A stretch of DNA of 64,000 nt from NCBI GenBank assembly GCA_963663965.2, contig CAXXFK010000010.1, forward strand, positions 32,001-96,000, read 5' to 3'. Position numbers and translations under genes: made by a program. The stretch's first letter is position 1. Each line of letters opens with the position of its first letter. Below, one piece after another: positions 22,217 to 33,505 of this stretch. The notes under the pieces were generated by a model. The model made no database searches and was not told where the DNA came from. It saw only the letters and a list, made by a program, of their open reading frames with translations. This DNA is from Sedimentisphaerales bacterium (lineage in GTDB: Bacteria; Planctomycetota; Phycisphaerae; Sedimentisphaerales; SM23-30).

Positions 22217-22459
22217 CCGAACGGCTCTATGTTTAAAAGGCGCCTCTATAAAATTGCTCTAGAGGCGAAAGCGAAATTGAGTTTGCTTTGCCAGGGAACA
22301 AAGAACCGGATCATCATCTTGCGTTCATACCCTTGACAATTGAATTTTCCCGTTACGCCGGGAGATGACTCCTTAACGAGTAATAAGTTGTCTTTGAGCA
22401 ATCAGGAATTTTCATATCCATTGGGTATAGTTTCAGACTTCTTCTTTCCGTCACTCTTT

Positions 22460-25400
22460 CTAATCTGCTGCATGTATTGCAAAATCAAAGAGGTTGACCG
22501 TCTGGTCACCATTGAGGTCGCATGACGTCTCGGCGGTCATCCAGTTTCTCATCATGTCGGAGATGTCAATCTGCCAGCTTAGAATGGGACGGCTTTTGTT
22601 GGTCCAGAAGGGCATATGCCATAGATTCTGTGTTCCGTCCTTGATACTGCCGGTGAAATCCCAACCGACAAAGGTCTGGCGCATGGTCAGTTGCGCAGGT
22701 CTTACGGCGGTCGCGTAGAGGTCGGCTCCGGTGGAACTGTCATAGTAGCAGCCGGTAATCGAAAAGTATCCGGGATTAGCGGTATCCTGCGCGCCGCAGA
22801 AGGCCCCAACCAGCAATCCGCCGATTGGGTGATTTACTGCCGCGTAGCAATTGTGGATTAAACCGCCATTGAGGCCGACAAAGCCTGCGCCAAGGTCCAT
22901 ACTGAGCATTTCACCAACGGCATAGCTATTGACAATGCTGCCGCCGTAATAGTGGTTTTCGCCGGCAAAGCCGCCGACATAATCGTAGCCGTCAACCTGG
23001 CTTTTACAACAGCTTGTCCGGATGTCGCCGGCGTTGAATCCGATAAGGCCGCCGACATAACCGTTGCCAATGACGGTGCCTCCGGCTGAGCATCGCTGGA
23101 TCAGGCCGGTGTTATAGCCGCACAGCCCGCCCACATACATTTGGCCGTTCAGGCTGCCGCGTACATCAATGTCATAAACCTGTGCGCCGCTGTCAATACA
23201 GCCGAACAGGCCGATATAATTCTTGGCGGACTGGTTGATGTTCAGGCCGGTAATACGCCGCCGGTTGCCGTTGAAGTTGCCGGTAAATTTGATGCCCTGG
23301 AAACCGGCCGCGGCGCTGGTATCCGGGGCGATGAGGGCCGCAGCATAGGCGGTATCGGACAGGTCCAGATGGCAGTCAAGGCGAACATAGGCGCTCCAGT
23401 ACGCCGGCTCGGCGATATAGAGATCAAATTTCGCCCGGCTGTCGATAACATACGGATCGGCGGCGGTGCCGCTTCCAGCCATGGTGTATTGCCGTGCAAA
23501 TACAGGATAGTCATACATGGCCCAGACATCGTCTGTTCCATTGGCCGTCTCAAATACAAAATCCCAGCCCGCATCAGTAAATGTGCTTCGTGTCTGCATC
23601 TGAACTGTTGTTAATCCTGTTCCGCCTTCGCTTGTTGTGATCCCTGAAGTTTCCATATCCCAGAAACACCCGCTAATGCTGCCGTTAGTGCTATTCCCGC
23701 ACAGGCCGCCGAAATAATTAGCACGGTCAGGAACCGCTCCGGTGGAATAACATTGACTGATACTGCCAGAATTCCATCCACACAACCCGCCAACCCGCCA
23801 AATACCCCCCGTTATCGCACTGGTCGAAAAACACTGGTTGATGCTGCCGGGATTCAACCCGCACAGCCCGCCGACTGATTCATCACCCGTAACCGTCCCG
23901 GCGGAATAACACTGGTTGATACTGCCGCAACTAAACCCACACAGCCCACCGACAATATCATCACCCATTATCGCGCCGGTCACATAACACTGGCTTATAT
24001 TGCCACGATAGTTGCTTCCGCATAACCCGCCGACATAATAGTCTGCGGAAACAGCGACATTTTCCAGTCCCAGATTTAACACAGAGCAGTCCTCACCAGT
24101 ATATCCAAATAGACCGGCGTGCACGATACAATTTACTGTAAGATTTCTGATAACATGCTCTCCGCCATCAAAATGACCTTGATACTGTGTGCCGTCAAAA
24201 ACCGCATCAGTATCTGTATCGCCTGCAATAGGCGCCTGGGTGTATGTTATTCCGCCCAGGTCAAGATCGCACTCCAGCCGGGCATAAATCCCGCTCAGCC
24301 AGTAGCCGCTGTTGTTGCAGAATATGGTAAAATCATCCATATTCGCTATCAGATACGGATCAGCCGCTGTGCCGCTGCCTGTAAGGGCATATTGCCAGGC
24401 AAAAACAGGATAGTCGCGCATGACCCAGACATCATCCGTCCCATTTGCCATCTCAAATACAAAATCCCAGCCTGCATCGGTGAATGTGCTTCGTGTCTGC
24501 ATCTGTGCGGTCGTCAGACTCTGTACATTGGTTATTGTCCCTGGATCCAAAGTATGCTGATTATACCCATTTGCCTGTCCGCTGGTCTGTTTATCCCAGA
24601 AGCTGTTCAGTATTTCAGCGGTTTCACCGACTTGAAATCCGCACAGTCCGCCGATACCACTGCTATTGCCACTAACTGCTCCAGTGGAATAACATTCACT
24701 GATGCTGCCGGAATTACTCCCGCACAACCGCCGATATTATAATTGCCTGTAACCGAGCCAGTCGAATAACACTCGCTGATACTGCCTGAGCTATTGGTCC
24801 CGCACAGCCCGCCGATTCGCATATAATCCCCGGTAACTGTCCCGGCGGCATAACATCTGATAATACTGCCATCATTCCATCCGCACAGCCCGCCGATGCT
24901 GTCATAGACGCCCGTAACTGTGCTCGTGGAATAACACTCGCTGATAATGCTGGTGTTGCCGGAATTACTCCCGCACAGCCCGCCGATAGTGCGATCCCCC
25001 GCAACGCTCCCAGCGGAATAGCACTTGTTTATACGGCCATAATTACCACCGCACAGGCTGCCGACATACAGTTCACCCGTTGCCGCACCGGTAGAATAAC
25101 ACTCGCTGATGCTGCCGTCATTATAGCCGCACAGGCCGCCAATATCATGAATGCCTGTTACCGTTCCGTCAAAATAACACGCCCTTATACTGCCGTGATT
25201 ACAACCACAAAGACCGCCGGCAAACCTTTGTGTAGCGGAAACGGCGACATTTTCCAGTCTCAGGTTTGACACAGTGCCGCTTGCTACGATATTTCCAAAC
25301 AAGCCGCAGTAATACGCGCCGCTGACGGTAAGATTGCTGATAACATGGCCGCCGCCATCAAAAATGCCGTTGTATCGTGTGCCGTCAAAACTCGAATCAG

Positions 25401-26584
25401 TGTCTGTATCGCCTGCAATCGGCGCCTGGGTGTATGTTATCCCGCCCAAGTCAAGATCGCACTCCAGCCGGGCATAAACCCCGCTCTCCCAGTAGCTGCT
25501 GTCGGAACAGAACTCATTAAAATCGTACAGGTTCCTGATCAGGTAAGGATTGCCCGCCGTGCCCCTGCCGTAAAGTGTCTTCTGCCAGCCAAACACAGGC
25601 AAGTCCATCATCACCCAGACATCATCCATACCATTTGCTGTCTCGCCCGCAAAATCCCAACCCGCATTGGTGAATGTGCTTTGTGTCTGCATCTGTGCGG
25701 TCGTCACCCCAACCACATTGGAGATTCTCGGACTCGATGAGGCATCCAGATGATACCCCACGGCCTGTCCGCTGGTTTCTCTATTCCAGAAGCTGTATAG
25801 TAATTCAGTAAAATAGCCAGTGACATACCCGCACAGCCCGGCGACATGCTGACCATTGCCAGTAACCGCTCCGGTAGAATAACACCCAATTATACTGCCG
25901 ATATTATCCCCGCATAAACCGCCGACATAGTCACCGCCCGTAACCGCACCGATCGAGTAACACTCTGCCATCTCGCCATAAATACCATTCTGCCCGCACA
26001 GCCCCCCGGTATAAAAATCCCCTCCGGTAACCGTCCCAGCGAATAACACCTGCCGATGCTGCCGTGATTCGCCCCGCACAGCCCACCGGTAGAATCACCG
26101 TTGCCGGTAATCGTTCCGGTAGAATAGCACCTGCTGATGCTGCCAAAATTCACCGCGCACAGGCCACCGGATCTAGTTTTTCAGAGATGCCTGCATTCTC
26201 CACCCCCAGATTTGATACAGAACCGTCCGAACTGATATATCCAAACAGACCGGCGTATAGCGCATCACTGACCGTAAGACTCATAATAACATGACCGCCG
26301 CCGTCAAAACTGCCGCAGTATTTTATACCGTTGTAGTTCGAAGCCGTCGCATCACCAGCAATCGGCGCCTGGGTATATGTTGTCCCGCTCAGGTCGATAT
26401 CGGCATCCAGTTGGGTATAGACGCCGGCAGCCCAATAGGCCGTATTGCCGCAGAACGCATCAAAATCCGACCGGTTGACTATCACATAAGGATCCATCTC
26501 TGAACCGCTGCCGTTTAAGGCAAACGAAACAGAATTAGCAAAAAAAAACACCGCAAAAAAAATACATAGCTTTTTAGTACTCAC
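22460..26584 (-). pseudogene. GLUG-repeat secreted protein (about 1375 aa restored) with three single-base deletions and an eroded C-terminal dockerin-like tag
   Basis: GTG start with RBS and signal peptide; four G(S/R)G(S/T)xx(D/N)PY modules with GGLCGxNxGxIxxCY repeats; frame switches at about 26180, 26041 and 24728 restore continuous repeats. Confidence 0.85.
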
Positions 26585-26915
26585 AAAACATTCTCCTCAC
26601 AGCAAATAGTTCCTATATCGACGACATTAGGGCATTATACAATATTTTAGACTGTTAAGCAAACTTAAAATCAGGCTGTTCATAAAAATAACAATATGCC
26701 AAACCACTCATATGAACCTACCAACAACCGAGTTCAGATCGATGGGCAATCCGGACTTGCTTTCCGTCAGTTGTTTTACGGATGGGCATATTTTTCACGG
26801 TTTTTTGTGACGCAGTCCAGAGGAGAACCAGACCGCTTGCAGCCCGGAATGCATTTTAGATGTTCCCTTCATAATTCACAAATTGATATCCCAATTCATC
26901 TGGAGCCATTTTGAG

Positions 26916-29828
26916 TTAATCAGCGCCATCTAACCAGTTGGTCCCCAGCACATTCAAATCCAACAGATTGATCAATCCGGGATTATCCGGATCGATATCG
27001 CAGGCGGGAATAAACTCGGGGTCCCCTTCTGCCGCCAGCCAGGCCGCCGAAAAGATTGCCAGATCACTGATATCGACATCCCCATCCGGTTCGACATCGC
27101 CCGGTAGCGGCCGGGCATAAGCTGTCAACTCCGGAATAAACAGAAAATCGGAACTGGTGTAGGAGGTGTTGTGCACCTGAACCGCCAGAACATTTTCACC
27201 CGGCGCTAAACGTTCGATAAACCACGAAAGATCAATCCGATCGGCCGTGCAACTGCCGCCGCAGCATCCTTCATGATTACCGGTACTTGCCGGTTCATCA
27301 TAGCTGGGCGGATCGGGGGCATAACGGCTGTTAACGACCTCTCCATTGATATAGGCAATATAGCCATCATCCCAGTTCATACTCAATATCAATTCGCTGA
27401 GCTGATCGGGGCGACCCACCCGGAATAGCTTTCGTGCGTAAACACTGAGATACTTCCCCTTCATATCCGTTAAGTTGGTAGCAATACAGGACTCATATCC
27501 GCTATCGGTTTCATAGCCAAAACCCGATGGCCCTGATAGCCAGTTGCTATCCGGTTCAAAATTCAATTCGTTCCAGTCTGATGGAGGTTCACTGACTCCT
27601 TTGAAATACCGCCAGTCATCGCCCTCAACCACCAGATCTTTCTGGATAATATAAGGTTTCTGATAAATAATCCGGCTGTAACCGGTTAATTCCGCGTTGG
27701 TCGGTTCCGTCAGGACGATGCGTACCTGACGCAGATTTTCATCCTCCGGCCTGGCAAATTCAATATTTTGAACTGTCTGGCCGGGAATAAAATTCAATAG
27801 TCCTCTCGTTAGCAGGCTGGCATCGGCATAGATGGCATAGTTCACCGCAACCGGAACTGTCGTGAACGTACTGAGCCTGACCGGCACGGTATTGACTTCA
27901 GACAACCCTGCCAGATCGATTTCATTATTCCCAACAGCGATCCCCACGCCAACCAGGGTTCCCGCGGTATTTTTAAATGACGTGAGTAAAGCCGCCTGAT
28001 CAGGATGAGCGATCGGGGCCCATACCATATTATTGGGGAAATTTTCATCGGCTCGAGTCAGATAATTATTTTGAATCTCCATCTGGCTCAAATGAAGTTG
28101 CCAGTTGTCCCACGCCCGCCCCCAGACATCACGATAATTAAACAGCAAAAGGGAGTTCTGGACATCCAGAAAACCATCAAATGATCGCGCGTAATTATCG
28201 CCAAATCGCGCTCCCACCAGGTTGGCCGTAAAAAAGCAGTTATCCGCGTCAATAAAGGGATCATCATAACCACACTCGATCGCCTGTCCGCAATTCATGG
28301 CAACGGTATCGGTTACCGTGGCGTAACGGGGCCCCGATGACCAGGCCATCGCTTCATGATAACAGGACTCAAACCAGCAGTTATCGACGATAACCGCGCC
28401 TTCCGCACCCTGGCCGGCATCAATGCCATCATCCAACGTCCAGCCGATCAGGCATCCGGTAAAAGTATGTGGCCCGCCGTTTAGATAAAACGCGTCATTA
28501 TCGCCATCGACAAAACCGGCCGTGGCAGATGGAAATTCAATAAACTCACAATTCGTCGCGGTCAGTTGTCCCCCGTTGTACTGGCCGCAGGTCACCATTT
28601 TTTGTACCAGACAGTCTGACAGGGTCAGCCGGGCGTTCTCTCCGTGTGCCAACTGGCCGGGAGTCTCCAACACATAACAATCCGTCAGTTCGAGTTCAAC
28701 ATTCTGCCCCAGGTAAAACAGGCACTGCTCATGCCGGTGACTGCTGCCCCGGCCAGAATTATTGTCAAACCAGCTGGAATCGGCGCCCGATGCCGTGAAA
28801 AAAGTTCCCGTAAAATCGCCCTGACTGCCGCTTTCAAAAACAAAGCCGCCCCAGGGCTCGCTACGGTCAGGCGCTGTGAAAACCACCGGATCCGCCAGGG
28901 TTCCATTCACAACAATTTTACCCCAAACCATTATTTCCAGGTCCGGATCCACGGTCACAACACTGCCGGCGCCCATCGTCAATGTCACTCCGGAGGCAAC
29001 CGATAATTGACCGGTAATATGAATGCGCGCCTTTTCGCCCCAGTTGCTATCCGTATTGATGGCGCCTGATACGGTTTGCCAGTGGGTCTCGGACTCAATA
29101 GCTATCGTCTTGGGAGCCGTTAGAGGCCCGCAGGAGGGCTGATAGTCAATACTGCCCGACTGAGTCGCCGCCGGCAAAAAACCACTGCCAGACCCTCGAA
29201 ACAACTGGATGTCACTACCAGAGAAATTTTCCGCTGTTAATATCCCATTGACCGCCAGACGCTGATCGACGCTGTCTTTGACCCGGGCCGCCACCGGGAT
29301 TTCCAGACCCGCCGGATAAACAGAAGGCGCCACCAATTGCAGGTGTCCATCCGCATACTCCTGACTGGCGGAATGGACCAGCGGTAGCGGTGTCCAGACC
29401 GGAAGCCCCCATTCCGTATCGAAACGCTCGGAAGCCTTGATAATAAATTGAACCAAAAGCACTTCTTGATCCCCGGTCGAAATCGGTTCCCGCTGGACCA
29501 GCAATTCATGATAATCCGGCGTATTTACGGTGACTGCGAAACCCACTGCAACAGGAATACCGTCAAGTAGCGCGGAATATTGATAACCGGATTCCGTATT
29601 GACCGTAAAGGTCACACTATTGGTATAGATCTGTTTGGTTGCCAGACCACTGACACTGATCTGCCCCATACTCAGTGAGCTGTTAATCATCGCGACCAAT
29701 AAAGCCAGATAAAACCATTTCCCGGTAATATCGGACCAACCTGTGAATCGAACCGATCGGTTTGTCTGGCGATTTTGCGATTTAATTGAAACCTGTTTTG
29801 GATATTGAAATGCTTTATGATCCATCAC
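26916..29828 (-). CDS. Secreted right-handed beta-helix protein with galactose-binding-like domain and C-terminal dockerin-like pair
   Basis: Hydrophobic N-terminal segment; beta-helix region (WTLDDGIDAGQG, WFESCYHEAMAW); WRYFKG...WDDGYIAYING...GENVLAVQVHN; GDVEPDGDVDISDLAIFSAAWL. Confidence 0.82.
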   Translation of the reverse strand: MMDHKAFQYPKQVSIKSQNRQTNRSVRFTGWSDITGKWFYLALLVAMINSSLSMGQISVSGLATKQIYTNSVTFTVNTESGYQYSALLDGIPVAVGFAVTVNTPDYHELLVQREPISTGDQEVLLVQFIIKASERFDTEWGLPVWTPLPLVHSASQEYADGHLQLVAPSVYPAGLEIPVAARVKDSVDQRLAVNGILTAENFSGSDIQLFRGSGSGFLPAATQSGSIDYQPSCGPLTAPKTIAIESETHWQTVSGAINTDSNWGEKARIHITGQLSVASGVTLTMGAGSVVTVDPDLEIMVWGKIVVNGTLADPVVFTAPDRSEPWGGFVFESGSQGDFTGTFFTASGADSSWFDNNSGRGSSHRHEQCLFYLGQNVELELTDCYVLETPGQLAHGENARLTLSDCLVQKMVTCGQYNGGQLTATNCEFIEFPSATAGFVDGDNDAFYLNGGPHTFTGCLIGWTLDDGIDAGQGAEGAVIVDNCWFESCYHEAMAWSSGPRYATVTDTVAMNCGQAIECGYDDPFIDADNCFFTANLVGARFGDNYARSFDGFLDVQNSLLLFNYRDVWGRAWDNWQLHLSQMEIQNNYLTRADENFPNNMVWAPIAHPDQAALLTSFKNTAGTLVGVGIAVGNNEIDLAGLSEVNTVPVRLSTFTTVPVAVNYAIYADASLLTRGLLNFIPGQTVQNIEFARPEDENLRQVRIVLTEPTNAELTGYSRIIYQKPYIIQKDLVVEGDDWRYFKGVSEPPSDWNELNFEPDSNWLSGPSGFGYETDSGYESCIATNLTDMKGKYLSVYARKLFRVGRPDQLSELILSMNWDDGYIAYINGEVVNSRYAPDPPSYDEPASTGNHEGCCGGSCTADRIDLSWFIERLAPGENVLAVQVHNTSYTSSDFLFIPELTAYARPLPGDVEPDGDVDISDLAIFSAAWLAAEGDPEFIPACDIDPDNPGLINLLDLNVLGTNWLDGAD

Positions 29829-30078
29829 TTCTCCTGTTGCTATGAGATATCAGAGAAAAATCTCACTGACATAATCAATTAGTAAGCCAGTAAGATCAAG
29901 TTTACATTATAACCAACAACTTCCGAAAAATCAATCGATTGTCTGGCAAGCTTATCGGATTATCACTTTTATACATATCGTCATTTTACTACGTTAAGTT
30001 CTCATGACAGAAAATACTGGGTATTCTTTGAAAACGGAAACTCCAGACACCACAACTCTTTTTTTATCAATGATTTAA

Positions 30079-31440
30079 TTAATCCGTTTCTTTCCAGTAC
30101 AATACCTTAGGAATCTCTTCGCCCCGCCCCCGATCCACCACCGTTTCGATTTGATGGTTCTGATGACTGTTCCGGGCCTGGCCATAACTGCGGATACGAA
30201 AGACATAAGACCGAACGGTTACCCGTGGTATAATCTTTTTTATATCCGGAACCGTGATCCCCGGCACATCAAAAATTTCTCCGGTTTCAGAAAAACCCAG
30301 CGGCAATGCCTCCCGGTAATTGATCAGATTATCTACCAGGGCCTTATCCAGATCCAACGCCGCAATCAGAACTTCCCGTGGAGCCGTATTAATATTGATT
30401 CGGCCATAAACCTTTGATTCACTGGAAACCGTGATCCGGTCGGCCACCTGCCGGAATACCTCGATCGAGGGCGGGAAGATAACGATCTCCTGATCCAGAT
30501 TTCCTGTCCCGCTGTTTTCCGATAAAGAGATGACTTCGGCATCAAGCGCCGTCGGATTTTCACTGATCAGATCCGTGATCGCCTCAAAGGGACGATGATG
30601 AATGATCCAATGGGCATTTTCCGGTAAAAAGCCTAATTCACCGGTCAGTTGTCCATAATCGATTTCGTTGATGTTTAAGCGGGATTTCCCCTTGCCATCG
30701 ATTTCCAGATCATAAGAATAAATCGTCAGCCAATGCAGCAAACCATAATCCAGCTTTCCGTCTTGATCATCGTTCGGAAGTAACTGATCGCCATCATTTT
30801 CCGATGCGTCCAGCAAGCCGTTCAGATTCAGATCTTCTCCATAAAGAAACTCTGCCGAATAATTCGCCAGGGTCCCCAACTGACGCAACGTACTTAATTC
30901 GCCCAGTTGATTCATTCTGCGTTCGTTTCCTGGCGGCGTGGTTTCCAGCCAGTTCAGAAGCAGTTGTGCATCCGGACTGGTCATCTCAGGCAAGCGCGCG
31001 ACCTGCTCGGGCGTTGCCCAGAGCAGATTCAATCGGGACGCCTCATCCCCCGGACCATACCGCAAACTTTCATCGAACGAGGGCGACTCACTATACACCG
31101 TAAAGGTGCCGGTCGACAATTTCGCCTGCCGGAATATCGATGGATTGTCGTACCATAAATCATTCCTGCCATCCAGACTGCGGTCGTCGTCTTTCAAAAC
31201 CGAAATAGCATAGGCGATGCCGGCGCGGGCCAGCCAGCGGGCGCAGATGCGGTCCGCGTCAACCTGATGCGCAGTATTGGATCGGCGTGTCCCCATACTC
31301 AATCCCAGCACCAGTACGGTTAATGTCACCAGTATCCATAAAACCACAACCAATATCACCCCTTGACCGGCTCTAACGCGGCAATACATTGGGTTTTGAT
31401 ACTTTGCGATTGGATTCCGGTTAAGATTCAATCTTATCAC
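30079..31440 (-). CDS. gspK: Type II secretion minor pseudopilin GspK
   Basis: GVILVVVLWILVTL, ARAGI, DEASRLNL, GRININTAPREVL, TVRSYVFRIRSYG; true start may be ATG at 31389. Confidence 0.88.
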   Translation of the reverse strand: MIRLNLNRNPIAKYQNPMYCRVRAGQGVILVVVLWILVTLTVLVLGLSMGTRRSNTAHQVDADRICARWLARAGIAYAISVLKDDDRSLDGRNDLWYDNPSIFRQAKLSTGTFTVYSESPSFDESLRYGPGDEASRLNLLWATPEQVARLPEMTSPDAQLLLNWLETTPPGNERRMNQLGELSTLRQLGTLANYSAEFLYGEDLNLNGLLDASENDGDQLLPNDDQDGKLDYGLLHWLTIYSYDLEIDGKGKSRLNINEIDYGQLTGELGFLPENAHWIIHHRPFEAITDLISENPTALDAEVISLSENSGTGNLDQEIVIFPPSIEVFRQVADRITVSSESKVYGRININTAPREVLIAALDLDKALVDNLINYREALPLGFSETGEIFDVPGITVPDIKKIIPRVTVRSYVFRIRSYGQARNSHQNHQIETVVDRGRGEEIPKVLYWKETD

Positions 31441-32080
31441 TCTCTATCGCTGGAATTGGTTCCAGGCTGAATTCGTGGCTGAAAGGCAGCTCGATTTTCC
31501 CCTCGCGATCGGTTAACACCATATTTAACCGGACCATTGATGGAATATTGATCTCGCTGTTCCATCCATGCTGCCAGGTCCGACCATCGTAAAATTCAAA
31601 CGCCAGCGCGATCACACCTTCGGCCAGTCGCGTCACGACTCCCCGGTCATTGCCATCGTCTGCTTTGGTCACAGGCGCCGCGCGGCGTCCCAGATAAACC
31701 TGATTTTCACTAACACCCACCAGTCCATATTCGATTTCAAAAAGGTCGCCACTGACATTATTCTGCTGGTTGATAACCGGATCATTGATCCGGTAGAACA
31801 AAAGCCGGTCCGCCGGTCGGTTGTTATACTGTACGGTCTCACAGACAATTTTCATCTGTTCCGGCTGGTTACTGCGATAGAATCCGGCCAGATCCTTTTG
31901 CATCTGGCGATAAATTGCCTGACCTCTCGCTTGCAAGTCAGAATAAATTTGCAATTCATCTCGAGATACTGTGACCGTCCTAAACGCCACCAGCGCCACC
32001 AGCAGAATAAACGCGCCGATTACTGCCGCCAATAAAACCTCCAGCAAAGTAAAACCCTGATATCGCCGGCTAACGGGCAT
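31421..32080 (-). CDS. gspJ: Pseudopilin GspJ
   Basis: MPVSRRYQG|FTLLEVLLA prepilin site; FYDGRTWQHGW...PSMVRLNM; start placed at ATG 32080. Confidence 0.85.
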   Translation of the reverse strand: MPVSRRYQGFTLLEVLLAAVIGAFILLVALVAFRTVTVSRDELQIYSDLQARGQAIYRQMQKDLAGFYRSNQPEQMKIVCETVQYNNRPADRLLFYRINDPVINQQNNVSGDLFEIEYGLVGVSENQVYLGRRAAPVTKADDGNDRGVVTRLAEGVIALAFEFYDGRTWQHGWNSEINIPSMVRLNMVLTDREGKIELPFSHEFSLEPIPAIESDKIES

Positions 32081-32474
32081 AGCTTGGCCCACCCAGATCA
32101 TAAAATAAGGTCTCGGCTTGAACGTTGTATTCGTTCGAGCCTTCCTTCCACAACACACTTGCCCGAACCCGATATAGATCAATCTGATCCGCTCGCACAA
32201 TTTCAATCCGATACCGATAGTTCGGATAACGCGGCTCGAAGTCTCCCTCGATTGTCTTTAAATCCGCCAGTTCACGAATTTTACCAGAAGCCACTTTATT
32301 TAACGCTTCATCCAGTAACCGGTACCCATGGGCGTACCGGATCCCCTCGGTGGTATTGATCAGGCACTGATTGGCCAGATGACAGACAATCACAGCGCCC
32401 ACTGCCAGGATCAAACTACTGACCAGTATCTCCACCAGGGTAAAACCCTGCCTGCCATGCTTTAAACGAGTCAT
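32070..32474 (-). CDS. gspI: Pseudopilin GspI-like
   Basis: MTRLKHGRQG|FTLVEILV; TAATG-coupled to the upstream gene; position in the G-H-I-J-K order. Confidence 0.8.
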   Translation of the reverse strand: MTRLKHGRQGFTLVEILVSSLILAVGAVIVCHLANQCLINTTEGIRYAHGYRLLDEALNKVASGKIRELADLKTIEGDFEPRYPNYRYRIEIVRADQIDLYRVRASVLWKEGSNEYNVQAETLFYDLGGPSYAR

Positions 32475-33064
32475 TACCATATCCTGAATACTGAATCCCC
32501 GGTTTGCCCGGTTTCATCCAAATCGATGGTATCATACGGCAGCCGGTCAACTTGATTGAAATACAACTCCGTTTCTGCGTTATAAGGCCGGATCAGCAAG
32601 GTACAATCATCCTGTTCGGAATTCATCTGAATCAAACTGGTATCGGCGGTATTATCACTTTGGAACCGGATCGCCACACGCTGCGTACTCAGCGGCTGAC
32701 TGGAAACCGTCTTCACCCGGTTAAAATGCACCCCGACCGGTAAATAACGAGGCTTCTCATAGGGATTGTCGATCACGACGGTTTCTGGCTCTTCAGCTTC
32801 CCGGAAAGGAATTTTCTCCGGCGGTTTCGCTTCCAGCCAATAACAGTTTTGCGACAGATCGATCCAGAGCAGACAGGGCCTCTGGCTCTCCAAAGCAATC
32901 AGGCGCGCGTACCCCGCGGCATTATTTATATCTCGGGCCGCGCTATCCAGTGAGGCGGTATCCAGATTTCGATAGAAACTCTTCAACGCCAGCACACATA
33001 ATAGTGAAAGCAGTAACGCCGTGGCCAGCACTTCAACAATGGTAAATCCTCTGCGCGCCTTCAT
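32474..33064 (-). CDS. gspH: Pseudopilin GspH-like
   Basis: MKARRG|FTIVEVL; AARDI...YARLIA; IRFQSDNTAD. Confidence 0.8.
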   Translation of the reverse strand: MKARRGFTIVEVLATALLLSLLCVLALKSFYRNLDTASLDSAARDINNAAGYARLIALESQRPCLLWIDLSQNCYWLEAKPPEKIPFREAEEPETVVIDNPYEKPRYLPVGVHFNRVKTVSSQPLSTQRVAIRFQSDNTADTSLIQMNSEQDDCTLLIRPYNAETELYFNQVDRLPYDTIDLDETGQTGDSVFRIW

Positions 33065-33075
33065 CGATACGCCCG

Positions 33076-33495
33076 TTATTGATTCACTACATCGGCATTG
33101 ACACCTTCCCCGCCAATTTTTCCATCCATACCGTAACTGATCAGATCGAAACTATTGGTGTTTTTCTGACCGGGATAAACGTATACAAACTTATTTCCCC
33201 ATGGATCCACCAGATCGCTCTCCTTACCGTAAGGTCCTTTCCATTTGTCTTTTAAGGTAGCAGGAGCCGTCCGTAATTCATCCAGTTGAGTGGGATAGCG
33301 GTTACAGTGAAGTTTAAACAGGCTGATATCCTGCTCCAGTGCGGTCATTTTCGGGCGGATCATATCCCATTTCGCCTGATCCGACTGTTCAAGAAATTTT
33401 GGCACTAACAACGCGGCCAGAACACTGATTAGAACAATCACCACCAGAACTTCAACGATAGTAAACCCTTTTTTAATTATTGGAAAAAATCGCAT
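33076..33495 (-). CDS. gspG: Major pseudopilin GspG
   Basis: MRFFPIIKKG|FTIVEVLVVI; WKGPY, DPWGNKFVYVYPG, DLISYGMDGKIGGEG; GGAG RBS before ATG 33495. Confidence 0.93.
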   Translation of the reverse strand: MRFFPIIKKGFTIVEVLVVIVLISVLAALLVPKFLEQSDQAKWDMIRPKMTALEQDISLFKLHCNRYPTQLDELRTAPATLKDKWKGPYGKESDLVDPWGNKFVYVYPGQKNTNSFDLISYGMDGKIGGEGVNADVVNQ

Positions 33496-33505
33496 ATGTT
33501 CTCCT

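Noticed and set aside
12329..30000. Intact prophage or ICE integrated at tRNA-Glu
   Set aside because: The integrase is truncated and mutated; no attR duplicate and no phage, relaxase or conjugation genes were seen.
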